From the NCBI RefSeq assembly GCF_009914755.1, contig NC_060944.1: a stretch of 64,000 bases of DNA; one strand, written 5' to 3'. The translations under genes were made by a program, and so were the position numbers. Source of the DNA: the human T2T-CHM13v2.0 reference genome, Homo sapiens. Below are positions 28,541 through 41,410 of this stretch, in pieces (the stretch's first letter is position 1; every line of letters starts with the position of its first letter). The notes beneath the pieces were generated by a model, which was given only the letters and a program-made list of their open reading frames with translations, did not search any database and was not told where the DNA came from.

Positions 28541-31270
28541 GCCAGAACTCTGGTGGTCATCCTTACATGACCTGAGACCTGGAACCACCTGCTACGGTGT
28601 GGACTCCATGCTGGCCTTATTTTATTCTGGAAAAGAAAGTTGGGGTGGGCAATGGCACCCTTAAGGCTGGAGTTGCCAGAAAGATTTAGGTTTTCTCCCC
28701 ATCTTGAAATGTGTAACCCCAGACTCCTCCAAGCCCTGATGGTGACCATCAAGATGGAGGTGGCTCTATGACATCAATGAAGGGACAGTGAACAAGGACC
28801 TAAACCCAAACCCAGCTCCATGAAATTGAGGGCTTCATCTCAGTGTCTTTCCAAGCCACAGCCTAATAGGTCCTTAAACAGACTCAAAGGGAGAAACGGC
28901 CCAGGGAAGAAGGAAAGCCACCACTTGCATTTCCCAGTGGCGCCGCCTTTTATTCCAAGTCTAAAGTTATCCCAAGGCCACACATATGTGGACAGGGGAT
29001 GGTGTGCTTGGGTGGGCTGGTGGTGTGGCGCCATGGGAAGTGGTTTGGAGGATGAGAGAACTTGGTGCCCAGATCCACAATGCCATCCTTACCTCTCTAA
29101 TGGGCTCTTGTGGGACCCCTCCACAACGTAGGGATGACTCCAGATGGTCTCTGTTTCCTTTGGATATTTATAATCCTAAAAACAGATCAGTATTTAAAAG
29201 TTAATGAAGAAAAGGAAAGTTAGCTCAGTGATAACAATAAAAGGTGGTGTTTTGGGCACATTTGTCTATGTTCCTGGCATTGCATTCAGGGCTTAACATG
29301 TATCATCTTATTTCTTGTCACCACTACTTCTGAAATTAGCTCCATTTCCACTGGGAGGGTGAAAACCTGCTGAGGTTTTGGCTTTAGAAAGGTGGTGGTG
29401 CTTCCCCCTACTTCCAATCCATGTAACTAAAAATCTAAAAAATAAAACTATGCTAAACCATAAATCAAGTGCAAGATAGATTAACCAAGTTCTGGGTGTT
29501 TCTCCACAATGACTAGTTTGATGTGTATTTTGAAACATTATTGTACATAATTGTGGTTCTTTTTATGTAAATTTGAACTATATGATTCTGAGTTTAATAT
29601 AAAATAAAAATAAAGTCTCACTTTACAACCCAAATATGAAATAGAATACCAAGAGATTAAAGAGAGTTGGGAATCTCATAATTTCAAGGGCCTTAAGATA
29701 GACTGGTTTGTGAGCTTTGTTGAAACTTGTCCAAGATGGGGCTGCTCTCAGCTGATAAGAGGGAAACCCATCATGCTTTGTGTTGTTACTATGGAAAGGT
29801 TGGTCTGGACTTCAGTGAGCTGGGATTTACATGAGGTCTTCAGGAAAGTATCTCTCTAATAAATAAAACTGCCATATAGCAAATTATGTTGGAAAAAAAA
29901 TCCCTCAGTGCCTTTGAATTGTGTGTGGCCACAGTAGGTACTTTCTCTGCCTACTGGGTCACTTAGGGGAAGAGAAGTTAAGTGACTTGCATAACAACAC
30001 AAGGTCATGGTGGAGCTGAGGTTTGGAAATGGGTCTGCTTGGTTCCAGGTGTCTTGTTGAGAGAGATCTAGTGTTCCTGACCTCCTCTTTAAATTACTAA
30101 AAAAAAAGAAAAAAAAAAAATCAAAGAGCTAGACAGGTCTTTGAAACTCATTTAATCCAGGGCATGCGTTTTAGAGATGAATGAACTCAAATCCACAGAA
30201 GAAAAACTGAATGACGCAAAACCATGGCTACTGTGCTTTGGTTGGCTTCACCAGTTTTCCAGGGAAGCTCTTGAAAGAGGCCTGAGCTCTACTTCAAGCT
30301 GGTTCTTAGCCTCGCTGTGTGGTCACAAGGAGGCTACTTGCCCTCTCTTGGTTCAAGGCCCGCCTCTCAGGGAATCAGGTGGGTTGGATTACGTGTACTC
30401 ACATTCCTTCAAGCTTGAAAGGTCTCTATCTCTGATTCCAGCCTCTTCTCATTGATTGAGTTACTTCCCATTGTCTCTTGGGGATAAAACTGGGGTGGTG
30501 GTAAGGGGAGGCCCCATAAGAAATGGGGTGGCATAAATGAACCAAGAATGTAGAGGCAATAATTTTTCCAAGGAAAATTTATTTAGTAAAGAGAAAATAA
30601 AATTTCTTTCCTTTTTTATTTTAAAGAAATAGCCAGTATTGGAGTTCAAGATGACTGACCAGTGTACAATGAATTTCCATTTTTCTTTATTACAAAGAAT
30701 CACTCAGAGATGCTCTCCTATTTTCATACCCACACAACACATAAAGCTCAACACACACTTGCATACACATGCACATCAAACATGCCCTGTCAATCAAGCA
30801 TCACAATGAGCTGAATTAATGAGTTGTTCAAGGCAGACAGCTCTGGGCAGGACTTGGTTATGGCTTTGGTGGGAGTCTCTTTGGAGAAGTCCATTTGGTG
30901 GGGTGCATAGGCACAGAACCTTGAAAAACTTTCCGAGATGTCACTGACCAGCTTGGCTGGTATCTAAAATTGTCTCCTGTTTATATTTTCTTCATCTTGA
31001 ACAACTCTGTGACATATGATTAGTTATAAGGTTTCTCATATCTCCCAATATTTTCTCTGAAGTTGGATTCCAATGTCTTTTTTGAGTGGCAGTGTCCAAA
31101 CTACTTAGAGCCACGGCAACACTGAGTCACAAGCTATCTCAAAACTCTGCAATAAGTAGTGCTAAGGCACAGCACTGAATTATACTCATGGACCTGCGGT
31201 CTGACTGAGGATCTGCTAATTCAGGCTGGCTGGGCCCTGCCCCTCCAGTCTCTCATCTCCTTTCCCTCCC

Positions 31271-31697
31271 TGCTATGGTTTGAATGTGTCCCTCAAATTT
31301 CATGTGTTGGATACTCAGTCCCCAATGTGGCAGTATTGAAAGGTGGGGCCTTTAAGAGGTGATTGGGTCATGAAGGCTCTTCTCTTTACAAATAGATTAA
31401 CTCATTCATGGGTTAATGAATTAATGAATTGATGGGTTATTGTAGAAGTGGAACTGGTGGCTTTATAAGCAGAGGAAGAGAGGCCTGAGCTAGCATGCTC
31501 AGCTCCCTCGCCACGTAATGTCCTGTACGGTCTCAAGACTCTTCAGAGAGTCCCCACTGGCAAGAAGGATTTCACCAGATGTGACCCCTGAACCTTGGAC
31601 TTCTCAGCCTCCAGAACTGTAAGACATAAATTTCACTTCTTATAAATTACCCTGTTTCAGATATTCTGTTATAAGCAACAGAAAATGAACTGAGACA
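31271..31697 (+). mobile_element. MSTC-like solo LTR inserted in an older antisense MLT1 (~31100-31900)
   Basis: tgctatggtttgaatgtgtcc...ttataagcaacagaaaatgaactgagaca; perfect TSD ctccc at 31266-31270 and 31698-31702. Confidence 0.88.
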
Positions 31698-31919
31698 CTC
31701 CCCTTTAGACCAGTGGCATGGTCCGGGCACATTTTCCCCATGATGATGGCAGAGGGGAAACGCATCATTGGGCTAACATCCCACAGGCCAGAGCAAGTGA
31801 TATGGCCAAACTCAGAAGCAGGAAGTACGGCATTAAAATGCACATCAGAAGTGAAGGAAGAGAGTGGAAATGTGAAGACAGTCATCGTGGTCAATATCCA
31901 CTGTGACAAACTTATCAGC

Positions 31920-32353
31920 TGTGGTGGTTTTAAACACTTGCAAATTCTTTGTTACTCCTCCCATCAAGAGGTGGGATCCAGGTCCCCTCCCTCTGAGCTG
32001 GGGTGGGCCATTGTGGCTGCCTCGATGAACACAACGTGGCAGAGGTGATACTGCATGACTTTCTAGGCTTCTGCTGGTTTCTTGCAGACTTCTGCCCCTT
32101 GTGAGAAGTTCTGACACCCCAAGGTCCCCATGTGGGGAGACCAGACAGAGATGCTCAGGGATGCCCGGATTCCCAGTGAGGAATCTCTGGAGAGGGCCGC
32201 AGACACTGCATGTCTCTGCAAACACATGGGAGTCCCTGAGCAAGAACTGCCCAGTGGAGCCCAGTTGACCCCCAGATCCATGAGCAAATCATTGTTCCGG
32301 TTTTATGCCACTGTTTTGGGGTGGCTCATTATGCAGTATTAGATAACTGGAAA
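31920..32353 (+). mobile_element. MLT1F/G-like solo LTR
   Basis: tgtggtggttttaaa...aaattctttg.tactcctcccatcaagaggtgg...atgcagtattagataactgga. Confidence 0.78.
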
Positions 32354-32389
32354 ATCAAGGCTACAGTTTCTAGCAAGGAATGGTGCATA

Positions 32390-32570
32390 GGGGTGAACTG
32401 CAGCTCCCCCACTTGCCACCCGGTTGTGACCTTGGATAAGTGCTCTGATGTCCCTGCCCAGCTTTTTCATCTATAAAAATGGGGATCATGTTCCCTGCCT
32501 CCTATGATTGCTGCCAGATTAAACACCTAGCACAGGGCCTGGATGGTGGCGGGTACTCAGTCAATATTGA
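32390..32570 (+). mobile_element. MIR
   Basis: tgtgaccttggataagtg...ttcatctataaaaatggggat...tagcacagggcctgg. Confidence 0.6.
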
Positions 32571-32711
32571 TGGAGTAAATAACTGCTTACTGCTCAACGG
32601 GGCTCATAGGGTGAATTCCGGCTGGGTAGAGCTCGGAGGCCAAAAAATGGGCAGATGGGATGACTGAAACAGTGCTGTGGTTCAGCCTAGGCTACAAATT
32701 ATGGCTGTTAG

Positions 32712-33069
<358 letters not shown>

Positions 33070-33369
33070 CCCTTTGTAGTCTTGATTGATGTGTGTGAAA
33101 CCCATTTCCTGGAGCTCTCAGGGGAACACTTTTTTTGTGTGCAGATCCCTATTTCATGAAGTTGCAGGGACATAGAATATATAATTTGTTTGGGGCATTG
33201 CTTTGAGCAGGCTGATAAAAGTGGAAGCTAAAAAATTAATGTAGTCTCCTCCCTCAGATCCTGTAGCCAGCCTGTTTGGGTTTCTTCCCCATCTCTGCAA
33301 CCTGAAGGGAAGGATCTTCCTTTTTTTGCCCCATACGATCCACAGGAAGGATCTTCCTTTTAACAAACT

Positions 33370-33810
33370 TCTTCTTGACAAATAACACACATAATGCAGA
33401 AGGTGCATGCATCCTGTGTTCATCTTGATGAAGTTTCATAAACTACAGGCACCCGTATTTTCATAAACCAACTTCCAGATCCAGAAACAGAATCCCTTCC
33501 AGCACCCCAGATGTCCCTTCTCCTCTTTCTTGTCCCTACTTTGTCCTCCAACCCAGGGAAACCACAATTCTGACTTAAAAATAACATTGTTTAGTTTCCC
33601 CAGTTTTTGCTGTTCCCATAAACAAAATCATGCACTCTGATTTTGTGTCTGGATTCCTCGGCTCCACACTGTCTCTGTAACACTCACGCATTTGTTGCAC
33701 ATCTTTTGGCTCATTCATCCTCTTAGTTGTATCACATGTTATTTTATGACTATACCACAATTTATTTATCTGTTCTACTGTTGATGGGTAGTTTCCAGAT
33801 TTGTGTCCCA
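33370..33810 (-). mobile_element. L1ME-like 3' fragment
   Basis: cagaaggtgca...gaaacagaat..ttccagcacccc...ataccacaatttatttatctgttctactgttgatgg. Confidence 0.7.
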
Positions 33811-33848
33811 TCTACCTGTCTCTCCAGCATGAAACTTATCTAACTTAC

Positions 33849-33995
33849 CTCTCCAGCATGTGGCTTAAATACCTGGAACATTTGCTTGGATCATGAAGGA
33901 AGGAAGGCAGGTTCTTTATAAATTCAAATCCATCCTGTCCGGTTGCCCACACTGTGCTGAGTGTCCTCACTGGCTGCTCCAGCCTCTCCCACCCA
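33849..33995 (-). ncRNA. SCP2D1-AS1: Probable first exon of the antisense transcript SCP2D1-AS1 (C20orf78); 5' boundary uncertain
   Basis: Minus strand: ATG at 33881 reads MFQVFKPHAGE, then a consensus donor GAG|GTAAGT (intron starts 33848). The peptide matches my recollection of the C20orf78 putative N-terminus; the TSS cannot be derived from sequence. Confidence 0.55.
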
Positions 33996-34116
33996 AATGG
34001 CCAGACTTCAAGGAGTGGGGGGTGAGAACCCTCTCCCTTGTCTGTTCCAACGGCCAGTGCCTGAAATCTCACTTCGGGAGGGCCCTTCCTTTCCCACCGT
34101 TAAAATACAACAACCC

Positions 34117-34633
<517 letters not shown>

Positions 34634-35069
34634 TCAGTGGGGCTCCGCTTTCTGCCTGTCGCTGGCTCGTTTTATCGGGCACTGCGATTGAAGCAGGAGA
34701 TTAGATTTGGGACCTTTAACTCAACCTAATCCCAAATGCACCTTTATTTTATGTCTCACTGAGGAAGAACTAACATTGCAATGGAAAACTATGGCATCCT
34801 GCTTTCTTTAGAATTTTATTTTCAACTTATTTGAATGGGCTTTATATTTAATTAGGTAAAAATTTTTATAATATAGTACTTGGGTGAATATAAAAAGAAA
34901 AATATAAGCAAAATAAAATTGGTTAATATATTCTAAATTTCTTAACATTGACCTGATTTTTCTGATTCACTTTTGACTCCCAAATTGTTGTTGCCTGTGG
35001 TCTCTCCACTCCTCTGGCAATGTCATCCTGAGTGCCATGAAGAGCCTTGGTAATACAGTAATTCTGTTC

Positions 35070-35430
35070 TTTAATTTTATCTTTAACTAACAAAGAATGA
35101 TTGCATATATTTATGGGGTATAATGTGATGTTTTGGTATGTGTGTACATTGTAGAATGATAAAATCAAGTAAATTAACATATCTATCACCTCATGTACTT
35201 ATCAATTTTTATGATAAGAATATTTAAAATCCAATCTTTAAGCAATTTTGAAATATACAATGCTATGATTAATTATACTCATCATGCTGTACAACAGATC
35301 ACTAAAGTTTTGACCCTCTGCCTGGCTGAATATTGTACTTTTTAATCAAAATCTCTCTTTTCTCCATCCACCCCCATCGCTGAGCCTTTGATAAACACCA
35401 TCCTACTCTCTCCTTCTATGAGTTTGCCTT
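35070..35430 (-). mobile_element. L1MA-like 3' end
   Basis: atatatttatggggta.aatgtgatgttttg...aattaacatatctatcacctca...gcaattttgaaatatacaat. Confidence 0.82.
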
Positions 35431-36793
35431 TTGTCATTCATGCACGAACTAAAAGCATTGGCCCTGGGTTCTGAAGCTGGTTTTGCAGCCTGCTTCTGAT
35501 TCCTGCTTTGAAGAGGGCTCCTGAAGGCATATTTTCCCTTCTCACTCCCAGACCAATTAGGAGAGGCTCCAGGATTTCCATGCACATGGCAGATACCACT
35601 CTGCTGGGTTTGATGCTGGTGCTTTTGATATTCATGCATGTAACAGGCAAAGGCAACTATATGGCATGACTACTTCTTAGAGGAGGTGGTTGTAAGGAAG
35701 CTTTGATATATACTAAGATGCATTCCAACTTCAGAACTGCTAAGATACAGAAAAAAGTATAAACTAGAATCAATGCAAAAATCACAGCCCCATCCCTGCC
35801 TGCTGGTCAGCTGTGCCATCCCCCAGAATCACGGCCTCCCAGAAGCATGCAGCCTTGTCGTGAGTCATAACCTGTGTCTGAACACTTGATTTATCTTCCT
35901 CTTTCTGGAAAGACTGTACGTAAACTGATTACATTGCTCTACTCCCCACTTCCCTCCAAACTAAACCAAGTAACACAATTCATTGGCTTTTCTGGAGCAA
36001 GAGGAGAGAGACTGATATCAGCATTCAGACCCAGGAGTGCTGTGGGTATGTTCATTATCTAGGCATAAAATGGCTCAGCATCAAAGCAGCCCTGGGGAGG
36101 GTTAATGTCCAGGCTCTCTTCTGCTTCTGCTCCTGATGTCCATCATACTTACCTCTTTGCAGGGTGTGCTGCAGGTCTGGACTGGTGAGAACTGAGCCTG
36201 GGAGAGGAGACCAAGCAAAGGCTTAATTTTCTGCTCTGTTTTCCCCAGTTTGCCCGGGGATCATCTTTAGCGCTGGCAGATGGGAGGTTTTGTTCTTCAT
36301 TGCTCCTCCATTAAAGTGCTGTCCCTGAGATCCCTTAGAAAGAGTTTGTTTTATTTGTTTTTTGGTCAGAGGTGCATTCAGAAAAAGGCCCAGGCAACTC
36401 CCCAGAGGAAGTTCATTCTTTATTTTTAGTGGCTCAGGAGCCTGGAGATGCAATATTAATCTTCTTCCACTTCAGAGCTTGCTGAGAAAGGATTTGGGGG
36501 CTTAAAGGGGATGGCTTACTTGTCTTTTGGTTCAGCATGATAATGGCCACAGACTCTGTGAAGGGACTCTGTCTGTTCTACATGAGGTTTTGAACAGATT
36601 ACTTTTCTCAGCCAGCTTCCTGGGGAGAGACTCACTTTCATTGAGAAGATGCCCTGAGCTTTGTAGAATAAAACAATGCTTCAGGCCCGATGAAAGAGAC
36701 ACCGTTCTGCAGAGGCCAGGGAATGCTTTTCTTGATGTTCTGGAGAGAGGCAAAGTGGAAGAGAGAAAGGAGAGGGAGGCTGGGGACTGGCAA

Positions 36794-36903
36794 GAGGCCC
36801 CACTGTGGGAGCTCAGATCGTTAATCATAATTCTCCCACACCCCTGCCGAGGCCCCACTGTGGGAGCTCAGATCGTTAATCATAATTCTCCCACACCCCT
36901 GCC
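36794..36903 (+). repeat. Perfect two-copy 55-bp tandem duplication
   Basis: gaggccccactgtgggagctcagatcgttaatcataattctcccacacccctgcc at 36794-36848 and 36849-36903, identical. Confidence 0.95.
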
Positions 36904-37297
36904 ATGGCCCCAGACGTGGGGGAAGGGGATGAGGTGTTTTCCTCTGACTTTAACTTTGGCTGTTTGACTTGTTTTGGTTACTGGGATGTTAACAGATATC
37001 ACATGGGTAGAGGCTTGAAAGGCTCTTGGGTGGGGATTTTGCTCTGTTGCACTCCTGACTTTTACCATAGCAAGAACATGCCTTGGGTATTTGTAGGACC
37101 AGGGGCAAGAAGAAACACATGGAACAGACCTAGGCCCAACCCACAGCTTGTGCCAAGTCCACCCAAGTCCAGACCATTAGCCAAACCCCAGCCAACCCAC
37201 AGATATGTGATTAGAGAATAAATTCTCATTGTTGTGTAATACTGTGCTTTGGGATTATTTATTATGCAGCACATTGTGGCAATAGCTGACTAATACA
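36860..37297 (+). mobile_element. MLT1I-like solo LTR
   Basis: agaggcttgaaa...aagaacatgccttgggta...gaataaatt..cattgttg...tgtggcaatagctgactaataca. Confidence 0.8.
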
Positions 37298-37603
37298 GAA
37301 CTCTTTCTTATTCTCTCAAATCATTAATAAAATCAATAAATTCATGAAATGCTTGGGATAAACGATGTTTTAAAAATGAGAACCAGTGAGGGATTGTGTG
37401 TGAACTGTAAGGCCGTATTGAAGGAGAAGGAAGCATTTGGAAGAAAGTTCCAGATAGAGGCTGCAGGGACAGCTTTAGAGCCTCATAAGGCCATGGAAAT
37501 TGGGGTTGGGCTAAGTTTTACTGGCTCTCTGAGAGACATAGACCACTCAGTGGATAGTCAGCTTAAATAAGAAAGGATACAAGACAGACGCCAAGAATTC
37601 AGG

Positions 37604-38085
37604 TCCATTAGTCAAAGTTTTCCAGAGAAACAAAACCAATAGGATTTGTGTGTGTGTGTGTATTTATGCATATGTATACATATATTTTATTTATGTTTTA
37701 AAAGAATTGGCTCAAATGATTATGGAGGCTGACAAGTCCAAATTCTGAAGGGTGGGCTGGCAAGCTGGAGACCCAGGGAAGAGTCATTGTTGCAGTTTGA
37801 GCCTGAAGGTAGTCTGCCATGGAGCCAGGAAGAGCCAATGCTGTAGAACAAGTCTGAAGGCCTTCTCATGGCTGATTGCTTCTTGCTCAAGGGAGGTCAG
37901 TATTTTGTTCTACTTCAAGTCTTCACCTGACTGGATGAGGTTCACATTATGCAGGATGATGCTTTAGTTCACCAATTTAAATGTTCATCTCATTCAAAAC
38001 CACCCTCACAGAAACATCAAAATGTTTGAGCATGTATCTGGGCACTGTGGCCCAGCCAATTTGACACATGAAATTAACCATCACA
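37604..38085 (-). mobile_element. ERVL solo LTR, MLT2B/C-like
   Basis: attagtcaaagttttccagagaaacaaaaccaatagga...ggcccagccaatttgacacatgaaattaaccatcaca. Confidence 0.88.
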
Positions 38086-38289
38086 GTTGGCTTTAATCTT
38101 TCTCTAGTTCTACAAAAAGAAACCCATTGGCTCCATATCAGCAAGTTATAAGTTACCAAGGAGATAGCTAGCATCCAACTCAAATCATATCCCAGAGGAC
38201 ATGACTTGTGGCTATTGTTGAGAAAATTTTCTATTGGGCCTACTGAATACACCAAGCTTTGTCAAAATATCATTGCTACCATTCTTTAA

Positions 38290-39340
38290 AAAGTCTTTAT
38301 TGGGCTATAGCATACATAAGCAGAGTGCACAAGTCATAATGTGCATCTTGATGAATTTTCACAAAGTGAACTAGCACTGGGTCAAAAAACAGAATATTAG
38401 GAACACCTCCAAGCCCCTCTCACGCTCCCTTCTAATCACTACTCTCTTTCTAAGGGTAACCATTACCTCGCCTTTTAAAACCACAGATTAGTGTTGCCTG
38501 CTGTGTACATTATGGCAGGTGTATTTTCCAAAGACCGCTGCACTAATATATCCCATCCTTCCTTTCCTGAGAATGTGCTGCCAACATTCCTCCATCTCTG
38601 TTTCCTCCCTTTGAGTATGTGTGGTCCTGGGACTATAGCAGCAGTAATAGCATGTGACTTCTGGGGCTTAGTTATAAAAGACAACGACTTCCTGATCCTT
38701 TTGGGGTGATCCCCCTTGGAATCCAGCCACATGCAAGGCCAAGTCGATGTATTCCAACCACAGCTCCAGTTGAGGTCTCAGCTGACAGCCAGCATTGGCT
38801 ACCACCTATAGGAGGAGAAGCTTTCAGATGATTCCACCCCCCTGCATTCCCATCTTCCCACGTACCTCAGAGTGGAGTAGAGATGAGTTGTCATCTACCA
38901 AGCCTTGCCCAAATGCAGACTTATAAAAAAATGTTGCTGCTGTTTAAAGCCACTAACTTTTCAGGTCATTTGTTGCACAGCAAGAGATAGTTAGAGTATA
39001 CTTTATACAAATAGTGTCATCCAGTAGGTATACTTTCCTGACATTCCACATTATGTCTGTGAGAGTCTCCATGTTGTTGCATGTAGTCATAGACTGTTTA
39101 TTCTTTTTGCTTTATAGTATGTGGTTATATGAATAAAATACAATTTATGTATTCATTGTGCTACTGACAGACATCATTTATTTCTAGTTGGGGCTATTAA
39201 TAAAAGTCAAAGATTCTAGTACATGTCTTCTGGTAAATGTAAGTACATGTTTCTATTGGGCATGTACCTAGAATTGGAACTGCTGTGCCTTAGAGTCCAT
39301 CTGTGGTCCACTTCAGTAGTTACTGTCAAAAAGTTTGCTA
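38290..39340 (-). mobile_element. L1ME-like fragment carrying a nested sense MLT1-type LTR (~38512-39000)
   Basis: L1ME motifs tgatgaattttcacaaagtgaac, agggtaacca; insert tatggcaggtgtattttccaaaga...tttaaagccactaact...gcaagagatag. Confidence 0.65.
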
Positions 39341-41019
39341 GTATTCTTTTTTGAACAAAATGTTAAAAGCCATGTCATAGGCTTGTTTATGGAGTGATGC
39401 TCTGAGGTTTGATCCTGTGAGGGAGGGAGGTCAGATCAGAGGTGCCCTAGTCATCTCTAGAAAAGACACTAGGTCAGCATTGGATTTATTCACTCTGTAA
39501 CCCCATGGCCAAGTAGGCTTGCAAAGAATGTGATCTTTAACAGCAACAATTTGTAGACTGGGAGCCTCCTGGTGTTACACAACTGTGGAGTAGCCCTTTC
39601 TTATATTCCTGTTTCTGACTTCCCTTTAACAAATTTGTGAAAACACACACAAAGTCAAATTTTGGCCTTGTCTTTGGAAACAATCATTGCCACAGTCCAA
39701 GGAAGTTTCCAGTAGGTGTTCCATGATTAAGAACATTCGTGAGCCACACACCACAGGCTTTACCCTCTAAATCAGATTAGTCTGGAAAGACCCTGATGGA
39801 GTAAAGGGACAAGGCTAAATTGCCCTTTTATATGCCTTGGTTTGTATTTTCAATGGAAATTAAACCCAACAGCCACAGAACCTGCAACCCACAACTGAAG
39901 CGATGACGTAATGCACCATGACTGAGATGATGGCAAAGATAACTGTAGTGCTGTTGCTGCCCATCCAACAGCAATTATGAAGACACCATTAATAATAGCC
40001 TTGATTTCAGGATGATGACATATGAACAAAATGTGCTTGTAAGAATGGCCACAACACAGCATTTGAATATCATGCCCAGCCACAATCTCTCTCCTTTTGC
40101 CTGTGTATTTGGATTGTACATGCTGATTTTTGCCTCTGTCAGCTTAGATAAGTAAAGATAACTTAAATGTGATTTCTGATTCTGTTAATGGTTTGAAATA
40201 AGTATTATAGCTTCTCCATGTCCCTATGTCTGAATTTATCAGATGTTCAGGATGGATATTTCCCAAAAGGAAACATTTCTTGTACCTGTCGCTGGTGTTG
40301 AGGAACGTTTGGGGTGCTCCTGGTAGGAACTGTTCCTTTGGAAATGAGATCTTAGATATCACCCTTAGGGCTAACAATGTCTGGGAAGCAGCTGAGTGGT
40401 CCGTGATGTGGACAAGGGAGAGAGCAGGACAGGGAAGTGAGAGAGAGAGAAAGATTGAGAAGAGAGAAGCAATGAGACAGCAGCCGCCAGGATGGCAGGA
40501 AGATGTGGAAGAGGGGAGAAAGCTACAGCTGATAGAGATTGGTTAAGGCCTCAGAGGGCCTCCGTGGGCTGCTCCCATGTACTTTGGCTACAGAGCACAA
40601 AATAATGCACTTGAAGGGTTCTTGTGAGCTTCTTCTATAAAATGGGATGATGTTAATGATGGCGATGGTGATGATCTATATGTACCTCCTTATGTTATTA
40701 TGAAGATTTGTAGAGATGATACTTACACAGTCTTTATCTCAGCACCCAGAGGGTAAGTGCTTAAGAAATGTAGTGAATGTTAAAATTCTACACAGGTAGT
40801 AATCTAGATTGTAAATAACAAACCTTGTCTGATAAAAATCTGGACAATAATCTGGCTATTTTTTTTTGTTTTTAGCACACATCAATGACCAGTTTTCAAA
40901 ACAGATTATCATCAGGTAAATGTAATTGAAGCAAACAGAGTGACATGTGAGACACTTTAGAATCCTGCAGTGTCCCAGGAAATCTGCTGGGACCACGCTT
41001 TGCCATAGGCAGTAAAGCC

Positions 41020-41235
41020 TTTTGGGCAGGAGTTTATGTACTGCATGGGTTCAAATCCTGGCTCTGCCATTCACCAGCTTTATGACCATGGGTGAGTTGC
41101 CTAACCTCTCTGAGCCTCAGTTTCTCATCTGTGAAAGGGAAATAGTGATAGCATCCATTACATAGAGTTGTTGTGAAAGCTTAATATGGTTAGGTAGGCA
41201 AAAACTTAAATAGGTCTGGGCACACAACACTCAAT
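41020..41235 (+). mobile_element. MIR
   Basis: tgggttcaaatcctggctctgcca...aacctctctgagcctcagtttctcatctgtgaaagggaaata. Confidence 0.85.
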
Positions 41236-41410
41236 ATGGTAGTTCTCCTTATCCATGGTTTCAGTTTCCAACTGTGAAAATAGTTGGAAGTGGCTGTGTC
41301 TTTCCACGACTATAGCTCTGTCTGGTCCCTGCCCTCCACCCACCACTTGACCCCTCAATGCTCTAGCACTCACTGGATTCCAGCTCAGACCTAGGTATGT
41401 TAATGAATTC

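Noticed and set aside
36794-36903. Direct repeats (also 19233-19360 and 62532-62611) as a CRISPR-like array
   Set aside because: Adjacent copies without unique spacers, only 2-3 units, no cas genes, mammalian DNA
36527-36967. 146-aa ORF
   Set aside because: Non-ATG start, no recognisable domain; runs through the 55-bp duplication into an LTR
39850-40083. 77-aa ORF as a possible processed pseudogene
   Set aside because: No parent protein recognised; no poly(A) tail or TSD
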